A DNA stretch of 64,000 nt, from assembly GCA_002245135.1 (NCBI GenBank), contig NGBS01001179.1:1-64000 (forward strand), given 5' to 3'. Made by a program: the position numbers and the translations under genes. Source of the DNA: Proteromonas lacertae (taxonomy: Eukaryota). The notes below the pieces were generated by a model, which saw nothing but the letters and a program-made list of their open reading frames with translations, made no database searches and was not told where the DNA came from. Below are positions 26,041-38,762 of the stretch, one piece after another (position 1 is the stretch's first letter; each line of letters starts with the position of its first letter).

Positions 26041-27457
26041 TTATTTTTCACTGTTATCAACTTCTATCTTTTTGCCAACGTGTTTCAGTTCTTTTTCATC
26101 TTCATTTTCTTCATCCTTTTCCTCTTCATCATTATCTTCACATTCATTTTTCTTATTCTGTTGATCAGTTCTCATATCAAACCTTCTTTTCCTTCCTCTT
26201 TCTCTAGTATCTCGATTCTTTTGTTGAGTTCTTTGTTTCCATTTCCTCAATGTTTCATCATCAATTTCTTTTAGTTCAAATTTAGGAGGTGCGCTTTTTA
26301 ACTCTTCAATCCACGATGAAAATGAATGAAGTTCTTCTTCCTATTAAAAATTAATATAAAAATAATAAATTCTATTCTTTATATTATATACTTGTTTTGC
26401 AATATGATCATATATATAAACCTTTTTAAATTCTTCTACTCTTTCTCTTATTGGTGAATAATCAAATGCTACAGATGGATATTGTTTATTAATCTTATTA
26501 TAATGATCATATAAACACTAAAAAATATAATAATTATTATTATACTTGATCTAAAAATAATCCAGTTGATGGGGCTGTTGGTATTTCCATTTTATCTACA
26601 ATAAGATGATTATATATTTATATACAATTAGGTAGTATTGATTTCTTCAAAACATCAATAGTTGTCAAGTTACAAGCAACACACACAGCCATTCCTATCA
26701 TCTTTCTAATTTGATATAATATAAAACTTTGGCCTTTCACTCTTAAAGCAACAAATTCATTACCATTCACATTAAAAGGATCTGTACATTCAAATTCCAT
26801 GATATATCTACAAGCTGTTGCATCACCTGGTAGTTTGCTTTCAGTATAATTATGATAGCTGTGAGTTGCCTATAAATACATCGATTGATTCTCTGAGTAG
26901 CTTTATCATATCTGCTTGTGTAGAAGATGATGTGATAAATGGTTGGAAAACTGAAGTAGGTAATAGATATTCATATTTTCTACAATCACATTGATTTTTG
27001 GCATTGAAACTTTTGGGTACTCTGACTATCCCAACTACTTGGATTGTTTTTGGTAAATGTGAATTGATTATTGGTACTGCTGATTCTTCTCCGTTGTCTG
27101 GCAATTCTAATTTTACTGATACTACTTGACCTGCTGCATGCACTCCTTTATCAGTCCTAGCAGCTCTCATCCACTGTGTCTATCATTATATTAAAAAACT
27201 AAATATATACTTTCTGCAACGATTCACCATTTTGATAGTTTTCATCTGAAATAAAATGACAATCATGTAAACCTGAAAATAATTCACTCTCTATTGATTT
27301 ACAATCAGGATTTCTATTTGCTTTACTATATAACAGAAAATATTACTACATTTGCATTCCCTGATATCCAGTTCCACAATATGCTATTAATAAAGCATAT
27401 TTCCTTTTTGGATTATGATTTATTTCATCGGTATGCTTCTGTCTTTGAATCTGACAT
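26041..27457 (-). CDS. PUS1: tRNA pseudouridine synthase 1 (TruA family)
   Basis: KRKYALLIAYCGTGYQGMQ, RAARTDKGVHAAGQVVS, FNAKNQCDCRKYEYLLP and VKGQSFILYQIRKMIG. Confidence 0.9.
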
Positions 27458-27860
27458 TTTGAGTTTCAATAATATATTCGTTTCAATTTATAATAATGTT
27501 TTGTTTCTCAATAAATGGATAGTTAATTGAATGTAGAATTTGGTAAATACAATTCGTCTATGAAAATAATCACATTGGGATGTAAATATCGGTTGTATGC
27601 ATCGAAATATGTGCTATTGTTGTTAAATATATTCCATTGAGAATATTATATGTAGTGAAACGTATCAAGCTATTAAATTGTGATATAAATGTTTATTTAT
27701 GGAGAAAAAATGAAATGAAAGTGTTTGGTGTATGAAAATTAAATTTTGCAACCCACATTTTATTCATTATTAAAATTTTAAAGAACAAAGCAAAATTCTG
27801 TCAAAAAAATGTATAATATAGGCCGTTTGTTGTATTATTATATTGTTAGTGAATTATTAA

Positions 27861-29267
27861 ATGAGAAGACAAAAATCACATAATAAATCCAAAAAAAATT
27901 CTAAACCATATGAAGATAATGTTAATGTATTGAATCTAGCTAGTTCAAACTTAACAGATGATTCAATGGTTTTATTATTGGATAATTTGAGTAAATGTGA
28001 ACAAAGCCCTACAAGAATAGATATTTATGAAAGTAAAGACTTATTAATTGATAAGAGAATCACAAAATTAATAAAATACATAAAAAATGATTGGAATGGG
28101 TTGAATTTGAATGGTTTAGGAATGGGTGATTCATTTTTCAATCAATTCATACAGTTGAGATTAGCAGAGTTTTCTGAAATAAAGAATTTGTTTCTAAGTG
28201 GTATAATTTATTATACAATAATATGTAGATAATAAATTAACGCATATCAGCATTCAGATGCTGCTTAACAATATATCAACATTTTTAGATATAGAAAATA
28301 TTTGGTTAGATGGGAATGAAATAGGAGATGAAGGAATTAAACTATTATCTGAAGATATAAAGTATTTAAAATTTTATGTTTTAATGATGAAATTAATTGT
28401 TCAAGTATTGTTCTTATCCTATAATAATCAATAGAAATGGGATTATCTATAAATGGATTAAAATACTTGTTGGAAGGTATAAAGAATATGAATACAAAGA
28501 TCAAATTACTCGATATTAGTCATAATGAAATTAAATCAGATGGAATAAAGTATCTTATGAATTATGTGAAAGAGAATAATAACATTAAAAAGTTATTGAT
28601 TCATGGTATATTTATTTATTTGTTATTGAAATAGATAATCCAATTGGTAATGAAGGATTAAAATTGTTGAAGAATAATTTGAATATGCAAAACATTGAAG
28701 GATCTTTATTTTTAGATAATATTTCAATAAATGATGAAAGTATACCACTATTAATAAATGAGGTTCAGTCTATGAGGTATTGTAGAAATATATTTATAAG
28801 AAATAACAATATTACTATAAATGGGTTAAAGTTTATTTGTTCTAAGTCATATGAAGATAATAACTATCCATTCATACATTTGAAGAATAATTTATGGGAA
28901 AATAATGAGTTGGTAGAGTATTTTACTTACTGTATTAAGAAGAGAAGATTGAATGATATATACAATATCAATTATTATGACTTTTCAAGTATAGAACACT
29001 AATTACATTTGAATAGGTATGAATATCAATGATTCTCATATCTCCTTAATTAAGCAAATTGACTATCATATACTGGATTTATCAAATAACAGAATTACAG
29101 AAAAAGGATTTAAAGAATTAATTTCTTCTTTACCAAAACAAGTTAGACAAATAAATATTTATAATAATCTAATTCCTGAAGAGATTACAAAATGTATTTT
29201 TTATGTGGAATATACAAAAAAAGGAGATATGGATTTTCAAGATGATGTTTTTAATTACAATAGATGA
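27861..29267 (+). CDS. LRR-only paralog of the pseudokinase-LRR family (one apparent frameshift near 28380)
   Basis: Same LRR blocks and intron positions as copies 1-3 (GNEIGDEGIKLL, LDISHNEIKSDGIKYLMNYVKEN, DSHISLIKQIDY). It has a short basic N-terminus instead of a kinase. Confidence 0.8.
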
Positions 29268-29353
29268 TTATTGTTATAAAAGCTTATTATGTAATTGTTT
29301 TTTGTGATAAACAATAAAATATGAAAAGAAATAATAAATGAAAGTATATAAAT

Positions 29354-30698
29354 TTAGCAAAATAGATATAATATAATTGAAGAATCGAACGAATTGAAAT
29401 ATGTAAGAGTATTTGGACAGAATTTATCACCTGTAATTGATATCCAATCACCTATATCTATTTCACATAATTCTAAATCTTTCGCAACGGTATCTATACT
29501 ATCACAAGTAGGACCAAACAAAGTAGTTACTCTTTTTTTATTACAATTTTCATGAAGTGTTTCTACATTAATGTTCTCCATTTTATATAGCATTTCATGT
29601 AAAGTGCCATACAAACCATCATTTAGATATATATAGTTTTGATTCTCTCTAATTCTTTTACCAGTTATTTGGCAATACAAATAACAACAATTATTTAATA
29701 TATAATCACTACAATCACAATATACTTTCATATCATATTTTTCACAAATTTCCTTCAATCTCTTTTCCAATTCTTTATTTTCTTCATCTTTTTCTTCTCC
29801 TTCTTCACCATTATTATTTTCGATATTATTGCTAATGAAATTATTCCCAATATAAATCGATTCTAATACCATTCCATATTCATCTTTTGCTTTTTTAATA
29901 ATCTTTTCAATTTCATCAAAATCTTCAATGCTCTTTGGATAAACATATAATCCATTAAACTTCTGATCAATCTCTTGACAGAATGTGAAATATAAATCAA
30001 TATCTTCTGGCAAAACACCAATTGATTCAACATCATTTCCATCTAAATTAATATTCAATAATAAATTAAAATTTTCTGACACATCTTCTATAATTTTGAA
30101 GTTATTCATATCTGAGATAGTTATAGTTTTAATAATTGGATTTAATCTTTGAATATATGGTTTTACTCTTCCAATTGTATTTTCTATAATTTGATTAAAC
30201 TCAATATCTGTTTTTGTAATTAAATCGAATTGTTCAATTGAAGTAATACATATTTCAATTCCAACATAATCTAATAATTTCAACAAATATACTTCATTTG
30301 CTCTATCTAAATTGAAGAAAGCTTTACCTTGAAAAGATGATATTTCATTAAGAAATTTCTCAATTCTTCTCAGTATATGACCAAAGTTCATAACTGTGAA
30401 TGACTAACACTAATGTGAGCTAGATTCGATATACAGATTCAGGATGGTATTTCTTGATGTAATCTTTAGCGAAATGATGTGATTTTTGACAATCAAACAC
30501 AAAAACATTTTCTTTGTTACATTCCATAAACTTTTTAGCTACATCATCAACTTTAAGTGCTTCACCTTTAGATGTATCAAATTCACTAGGTAGGTTGTTG
30601 ATATTAGGCAAATGATGATAATAAGAAGGTGTTCTTTTGAGAGATGCTGATTTTGGCTATATAATCATACAAACAAATGAAAATACTTCTTCAGACAT
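29354..30698 (-). CDS. Ornithine decarboxylase-like protein, probably catalytically degenerate (antizyme-inhibitor-like)
   Basis: YIYLNDGLYGT, FGPTCDSID, IGDWI and FNSF match the ODC C-terminal domain. The PLP-binding motifs of the barrel are altered. Confidence 0.8.
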
Positions 30699-30811
30699 GA
30701 GTTAATTAATGAAGAATTTTTGATTTATTCTTTTTGGTTAGTCCAATTTTTTGATAAACCCATTTTGAGAAAAACATAAAAAACAATAAAACAGATATAA
30801 TATCATTAATT

Positions 30812-31452
30812 TTATGGGAAAAACTTCTTAAGTTCTTCGGGTACAACAATATCATTTATTCTAAGTGCTGTTACATCTCTTCTAAATCCTACTTTTCTAT
30901 GATAACTCTTTCTTCTCTTCATTTTAAAAGATACACCTTTTTCTTCTCTTACATGTTGTTCACAAGTTGTATTTACTTGTGCTAGTGGTATTTTTGGCCT
31001 TCCAATTGCTGTGTATTCTTGTGAACCGATCATTAACACATCTGGGATAATTAATGGCTTATTTATATCACAATCTTGTCTATCACATATTATCATATCA
31101 TCCTATAAGAAATATAAATTATAAAATGTTTTATTTATTTATACTTTTTGAACTTTATATTGAGTTCCAGAAAAATCTATTATTGCAAATATATCTTTTG
31201 ATGGTTCAATATTAGGTATTTTGTGTTGAAAAATTGCATATGGTTTATCATCAGTTTCAACATACACATACTTTTCATCTTCTGCAACTATTTTTTCTGG
31301 ATGCTACTTTTACATTCTAATTGAATAAAGCAATTATATTATACTGGTGGAAGGACGGAGGGATATTTGCTTAAATTAGAAAAACAACATCTATTCTGAT
31401 TTATAAATGCTTTATATAGTGTTGGAGACCTTGATAAAAATGTTTTTAACAT
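30812..31452 (-). CDS. MRPL21: Mitochondrial ribosomal protein bL21m
   Basis: VLMIGSQEYTAIGRP...FKMKRRKSYHRKVGFRRDVTALRI. N-terminus MLKTFLSRSPTLYKAFINQNRCCFS is presequence-like. Confidence 0.85.
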
Positions 31453-31577
31453 TATAAATTATCTATAAAACGAGAAAAACAAAATTAAAATTTGATGATT
31501 ATGAAACGACTATTATTATTTTTATTGTTCCAAAAAATAAATATGATATAACAACAGATCTTATTAAATTACAATTA

Positions 31578-32365
31578 TTAAATTCTACCGTTTCTCTCTT
31601 TATAGCCATCCTTCAACATATAAGCAGGACTATATGTACCATCATCTTTCAATAATTCAGAATTGGGTAGCGTATTAGATATACCACCAAGTGAAGTATA
31701 TCCTTTGTCATATAAACTACAATAAGGTATTTGAAAGAGTAAAATAAATTCCCAAATTTCATTATAACTATAATCTAATAAAGGTAAAACTCTAAAAAAT
31801 ATAGGCCATCCTGGACTACTAGGAGTTATAACAGACAAATCGCTAGAATAAGGATCAGTTCGTCTATTACCCATTATAACTGCTTTTGTGTGATAATCTT
31901 TTATAACTACTTCCATACCCTCTTTAATCGCACAATTGTATCTATGTAACTTCACACAGAAACTAGTGGATATAATTGATAAATATACAGTTTTTCTATT
32001 CCACTGACATAGTGAAGCACTTCTGGGAAGTTATCACCTCTATCGAAGAAAATGAAGACTATTTTCTCTGTAATAATTTCTTGAAGATTGGTATTAGATA
32101 ATTCTGGGTGTCTACTAAGGTATTTTGATATGGCAGTGAAGAATAAATAAAGGGATACGATTGACTCTTTACCGCCGTTTAATGTGACAGCAAAACTATC
32201 TATACCTATAATCTCTATAGCACTAATCAGATTGTGTAGTGAATCGTTTATTCGCTTAGATAGATTCGATTCTGTAGTTTGATAGTTAGAAATATTTTCT
32301 ATGGTGGATATAAACGTTTCATAATCACATGTAGGAGTCCTTGGAGACGAAATGGGCGAATTCAT
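31578..32365 (-). CDS. FAD1: FAD synthetase (PAPS-reductase family)
   Basis: LNGGKESIV, DNFPEV, MGNRRTDPYS, RVLPLLDYSYNEIWEF, PYCSLYDKGYTSLG and ERNGR. Confidence 0.9.
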
Positions 32366-32738
32366 TATGGCTGTGAAATGAAAACCAGCATAAAAATGAT
32401 ATGGTTCTTTTGAAACGAATCTATTTAAATAAATTGTCGTAACTGACAATAAAAGTATTATCATTCCATATTTGCATTTTGTGTTGCTCTATTTATTTTA
32501 AAGTAATATATATATTGTTAAAGCTGATACAATAAAGATACCAAGGAAATCTGTTAAGTATGATAGCTTTTCTTTAATCATTTTATTAAATATGTCAATA
32601 TTCTAATACTCTATCTGTATTATTATGTTCTTTCATAAACAAATTCAAAATTAGGCTTGAATTCTGACTCAAGCCTGATTAGTTTTTTTGAAAATAACAG
32701 TAAATTAGGTTTTATTTATATTATTTATTCTATAATTT

Positions 32739-34319
32739 ATGTCCTATTCTCGTATTTTTGTCGTTGATATTTTTTTATTTAGAAAATCGACCATCTAGTC
32801 CTATTGACACTTGTCCAGATGCTTTCTACAGTATAACATCCCCAACTGTTTCTAATTTATCATTTTCAGACGATATAAGTGAAAATTATCCAGAATATTC
32901 ACGAAAATATCCAAATTCCTCGCCAAACACTAGATTATTTGCTAATATGACAATAAAATCATTTCCAAAGAATATATCAAACAATGTGGACTATCGTGAT
33001 GCCAGTAGAATAAGATGGCCAGGACCTCCAGCATATCTTGACGTTGATGAAGATGCCATATGCTCAGAATGCTTTTAAAAGTATCCATCCAATCCAATAT
33101 TCTCTTCACTCAAATTCAAACACTTACAATGTCTTATATTATCATTAAAAAGTAATAAATATAACATCAATTCATTTGATGATAATTATGATACTCCACT
33201 TCATGTTGCTTGTAAGTTAAACAACATTCATTATGTAGAATTATTACTAAATTATGGTGCAAATGCTAATGTATTAAATAAACGAAATGAAACCCCTTTA
33301 TTTATATCAGTTTCACTGAATTCAATAGATATTATGAGATTACTATTTTCTTACACCGATAATGACTTATTAAATACTCAAGAAAATATTACAGGTTATA
33401 CTATATTGCATATTGCAAGTAAATTAGGTAACTTAGACTGTATAAAGATGTTATTATCCAGAAATGAAGAGAATAGTAATAATAATAATAATAATGAAAT
33501 AATTAATATAAATAGTCCAAATTTCAATGGTGCAACTGCTGTTCATTTGTGTAAAAATTTAGATATTTTATTATATCTAATCTCTATGAATGCTGATATA
33601 AATATAAAAGATAATTATAATCGTTCAGTTGCATTTTATCATTGTATTTATAATCATGATGATATAATTGAATATTTATTAATGAATTATCCTGATTTTG
33701 TATTTGATGTTGATTATAGAAAAGACACACTGCTTCATGCAGCTGTAAACAATAAAAGTTATGAAGTATTAGTCATATTATTACATTATCCATTTATTAA
33801 TAATAATGTTAATATAAAGAATGAATATGGTTATACTCCACTTGATATTCTACCAAATGATGTAACTACAAATTCGAGATTATATAAACTATTGAAATCT
33901 TATGATGCAAAGACAAGTTATGAAATAGAAAATGAAAATGAGAATAATAATATACCTAGTAATTGGGTTAGATATATTGATCCTGATACTAAATATCCAT
34001 ATTATTATAATGTTATAACTAAAGAAAGCCAATGGGAAATCCCAAGTTCATCTTTAACTTCAGAATATATGAATGATGAGATATTTAATAATGATGAAGA
34101 ATTTATAAGAGAATTAAAATTAAGGTGTATACCAAGGAAATTAAGTCGTGATTATGAACTGTTAGCAAAACAATATAAATATGAAAAACCATATCGATTA
34201 AACAATGTTCTAAGTAAAAGAAACTTTAATAAAAGTGGTTTATGTTTATTATGTAATGTCAATCAACCAGATGTATGTTATTTACCCATGTGAACATTGC
34301 TGTGTTTGTCTTGTATATA

Positions 34320-34354
<35 letters not shown>

Positions 34355-34643
34355 TGTTATGAATAGAAATGTATAAAAATGAATGGAATTGGTCCAAATA
34401 AAGATTATGATAGATGTTCTTGTATTTATATACTTATTATTTTTGAATTTATTTTTAATAGTATGTAATGATAAAATATTAAAAATTTGTTCGTTTGATG
34501 TTGCTGCTAATATTGTATTATGTTATCATGAAGATAATGCAATTTCTGAACAATTCAAAGCAGAGTTCAAGTATTCTGGGAATAAATTGAAACAAAATAA
34601 AAGACCATCTCAATATCAACATTTTTCATTTCGTTATACTTAA
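32739..34643 (+). CDS. Ankyrin-repeat + WW + C-terminal RING-type protein
   Basis: TPLHVAC, GYTILHIASKLGNLD and GYTPLD ankyrin repeats. IPSNWVRYIDPDTKYPYYYNVITKESQWEIP (WW). CLLCNVNQPDVCYLP-CEHCCVC RING with an indel. Confidence 0.8.
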
Positions 34644-34951
34644 TTAATATAAATATTGACATAATTTATGATTCTTGTTGTTGATTGGCTGATAAATATA
34701 TTAAGCAGATATTATATATTAACTACCATAGAGCAAACAATATATACCATTTTCTTATCTGTATGAAGAGTTTTCACCATATTCAATCAAAATTATATAT
34801 ATATTGATTATTGAAATAGTTATGGTTGTTTTTTGCAGGTAATACTACAAGTTTTAAAATAATACAAGTGCAAAAAACAAAATAATGAATTTAATAATTA
34901 GAACAATATGCTGTTAATTATTGATTATTCACAATTGCCTATCTTATATTC

Positions 34952-37900
34952 TTATATTTTATTTAATAGATAATTGATCTGTTCTAAATATGATGCTCTA
35001 AATAACTTTAATTCTCTTTTACCCAATTCATTCCTTGATAGATCTACCTCTCTTACTATGTTACAATCTTTTATTCTTTCACATAAGTAATTTAATCCAC
35101 TTTCAGTCATTCCAATATCTATTCACATAACATATTTATTTTTATACTTGATAAATTTATATAACCATATTCAACAAAGTTTTCTAAATGTTTACAAATT
35201 ATTTCTATTCCTTCATCTCCTATTTCATTATTGAATATGTAAATATATCTGTATGAACTATTTGCTACACTATCTACTAACTCTTTTAACCCTTTTGAAG
35301 TGATTCTATTGTTTGATATATCAAGATTATAAAAACTAATCATCTTTACTAATGATATATGAGAATCATCCAAATTCAAATCTATTTCATTAAATATTCT
35401 ATTATATATACTTGAAAAATCATAATAAGAATAATTAAACCTCTTCTTTTCTTTTTAATACAATAACCCAAATAATATTCCAATTCTTCATTTGTCCATG
35501 ATGAATTCTTCATTTCTATAAATGGATATTCTGCTTTTTCTAATGATTTTTCACAAATTGATTTTAATCCATTCATTCTAATAACATTTTCTTTCAGATT
35601 TATTCTGGAGCATTCTCCAATTGAATCAATTTTCTTTGTTAATTGCATTACACTTTCATCATCAATTGAAATATTATTCAAATCCATTTGACCATACATT
35701 ATTATATTCAAATTGTTTAATAGCAATAATCTAAATCCATTTTTACCAATTGGATTATCTATTAAACAAATATGTAATAAAATACTTATACTGTGAATGA
35801 AGAACTTTTCAATATTATTATTCTTTTTCATATAATTCATCAAATATTCTATTCCATCTGAATTTATATTATTCCCACTTATATCAAGGTTTATCTTTCC
35901 ATCAATGCATTCTAATCTATCTAATATATATTTCAATCCCACTGTAGATAATCCAATATCTATTCACTATAAAATGATTTTTATACTTGAGCAACGTAGT
36001 ATATTGTTTTCATCTATTAATAAATGAAGGTGTGGAGATAAAATTTTCATTCCTAAATCTCCAATATCATTTCCTTCTATGTAAAGACATTTTACATTTG
36101 AAAATGAAGATAAGTTGTTAATGAATATTTCTATACCTTTATTTGTCAATATATTGTCTAAATGATATAGCAATGCCATATTATACATCTCAAATCCAAT
36201 ACTTTCATAATACCCAATTTATTTGGTCTAAATGATATTAATAATTCGAAAATGTCATCATCAACATTGCAATTATTCAAATGTTCAATAAAACCACAAT
36301 TCTCAATCAACTTCTTTTTTAATATTGGAATATTTTTATCATTTAACAATTCTTTTCTTCCATTACAATCTATGAAAGTTTTTGAAACTGGAAATTTGGA
36401 GAATAGAGATTTAAATCCTTTTGATTGAATATCATTATTTTTTCTAATGTCTATTATGTTAATATTTGGATATTTATTCAATTCTTTTGATAACAAGATC
36501 ATTGATTCATCATCTAAATTCATTTTTCTTAGTATCATTTCACCATCTTTGTTAATTAACAAATGTAAATATGGAATTAACAGCTTGAATCCTTTTCCAC
36601 CAATTGGATTATCTATAACAAAATAATATATTAAAAATATAAATCATACTTTTAAGATTTATATATTTCAATTTCATCATTGGGATACACTTGACAAATG
36701 ATTCAATAAAAGCATAATCAATATTGCATGAATGTATATCTAAATAGTTAAGATTTGATAATTGTGAAAAATGTAATGCAAATATCGACTGATAATCAGT
36801 TGTAAATTTAATTTTATCTATAAAAGCAATAACTATAAAGAATTATACCAAACTGAAGCTTTGTTGGATTGATATATCTCAATATTTTGAAGAAATAATT
36901 CATTCCTTCTTCATAAAAATAAATACATTTTGAATTGACAATGATTAAATCTCTTTCATTATATTCATCAATATCAATATTAAATATCATTCTATCAAAA
37001 TAACACTTTTTACTGTGAAATTTTAATATATTCTTTATTGATACATCTTTCTTATAAAGTTTCATAATCAATAACATCGATAGTATTCTTTCATCAGGTT
37101 TAACATTATAACATTTTATCATTTTGTTTCGCATATCTATTTAAAATCATTATTATTACAATTGATATTATATAATACTTTTATAATAATAATTATTTTG
37201 GAGATAACACTCTGATGGATAGATTATTGGAAGAGTCAATATATTACAATAATCATTATTGAACAATAATTTTTTTCTTTCTTTACATATCATTAAATAA
37301 TTATTCTCATCTCTTAATAATTCACTCATTTTTACCAACACTTTTCTCAACTCTTTTAAACTAATTCTATCTTCACTTTGCACTTTTAACATTCTTTCTA
37401 TCATCTCTTTCATCATTTTATCACATTTCATATTGAATCTGTATTTACATCTCAGAATATTATTCATTGTTTTATTCAGATTATCATCTTCATTGAATGG
37501 TAATTTCTTAAACATCATTTCATATAATATACACCCAATTGACCAAATCACACTTTTTTCATTACATTCTAATCCATCCAATTCTTCTGGGCTTTTAAAG
37601 CAAATGCCATACACTCTCGTCTCTTCTTCTTTTCTCAAACTGTTTAAGAATAAATCACATAGTATTATTTCTCTATTATTTTCATATATTATGTTACTAA
37701 TCTTTAAATTGCTTATCACTAAATCATATTCATTCAAAAGCATTAATTCATCACAGATGCCACATATCATAAAACAAACATCTCTAATTGAAATCGATTT
37801 TCTTGTTATTATCTCTTCAAAATCTGTATTATAACAGTATCTTTCTAATAATATTATATTACTCCCGTATATGTCCATATGTAAAGGATAAAAAAAGGAT

Positions 37901-38150
37901 AGACAGAATTCTGATAATAATGAGTTATTCTCTTGGAATTTCAATATTTTTTTCTCTTTTATCCCATCAATATTTAGGATTTTCACTATTTTTACACTAT
38001 TCTGATATTGTACTACTAAATCTATTTCTGAATTACTTTTTTCTACCCTTTCTCTTATCTATTCATAATTATAATTGTATATACTTTCGTAAAATAAGTT
38101 TTGCATTTTAATATACCTTCGATATTTCTCATTTGAGATAAAATAGACAT
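34952..38150 (-). CDS. Pseudokinase-LRR protein, copy 3 (multi-exon)
   Basis: ATG at 38150 (MSILSQMRNIEG), 26-nt first intron, kinase fold (SNLKISN, CDLF, KSPE, WSIGCILYEM) and the same LRR exon series. Ends at 34952. Confidence 0.88.
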
Positions 38151-38380
38151 TCTAAAAAAAAATTCGTTTCAAAATTCTATTTTGTAATTTAACGCAGTTT
38201 TCTTTATATTTTTCTATGTGCAAAATATTTCCCCTTATTTATCTATTTTCATTCTTTGAATATAAGCAAATATATTCTATCAACCATTATGCAACTCATC
38301 TAAACATACTTTTCTTTTCAATTATCTTGCTCAAATACTTTAAATATATTCACTATCTTTTTGTACTATTTAACTTACTT

Positions 38381-38463
38381 TATCATTCAATATTCATTTA
38401 ATACATCAATTACATCAAATACATTGTATTATCAAAATACTTTTTAAAAATCCCAATTTTCTC
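38381..38463. repeat. Dispersed intergenic repeat, copy 1
   Basis: Core AAATACATTGTATTATCAAAATA (38417-38439) recurs at 42458 and 45231. Confidence 0.6.
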
Positions 38464-38762
38464 ATCATATTAAGTTTTATTTAAACAAATGTATTATAAA
38501 TAAATTTAAAACATTAAAATAAGTTTAATGAAATATTAATATAGTGAATAATTCAAATGTAGAAATATATCCAGATATATCAAGTTAATTAGATTAAATG
38601 ATGAATTAAAGAGTGTTTAAATGACAAATATTTCTAGAAAAGACCATAAAATCAGCATAAAATAGGTGAATTTATAAATATAATAAAAAGGTAAGTAGGC
38701 TGTAGTTAAAATTCTACCATGGAGTTATTATACTCTTAGATACAATTATTACACGATATCTT

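Noticed and set aside
9955..30698. Polyamine gene cluster (agmatine deiminase + ODC-like)
   Set aside because: They are ~19 kb apart with unrelated genes between, and one is a fragment. No evidence of a functional cluster.
34320..34355. (ATT)n and other AAT/CAT/CAA triplet runs as a repeat array or CRISPR
   Set aside because: These are simple microsatellites in introns or poly-N/Q/D codons, with no repeat-spacer structure or cas genes.
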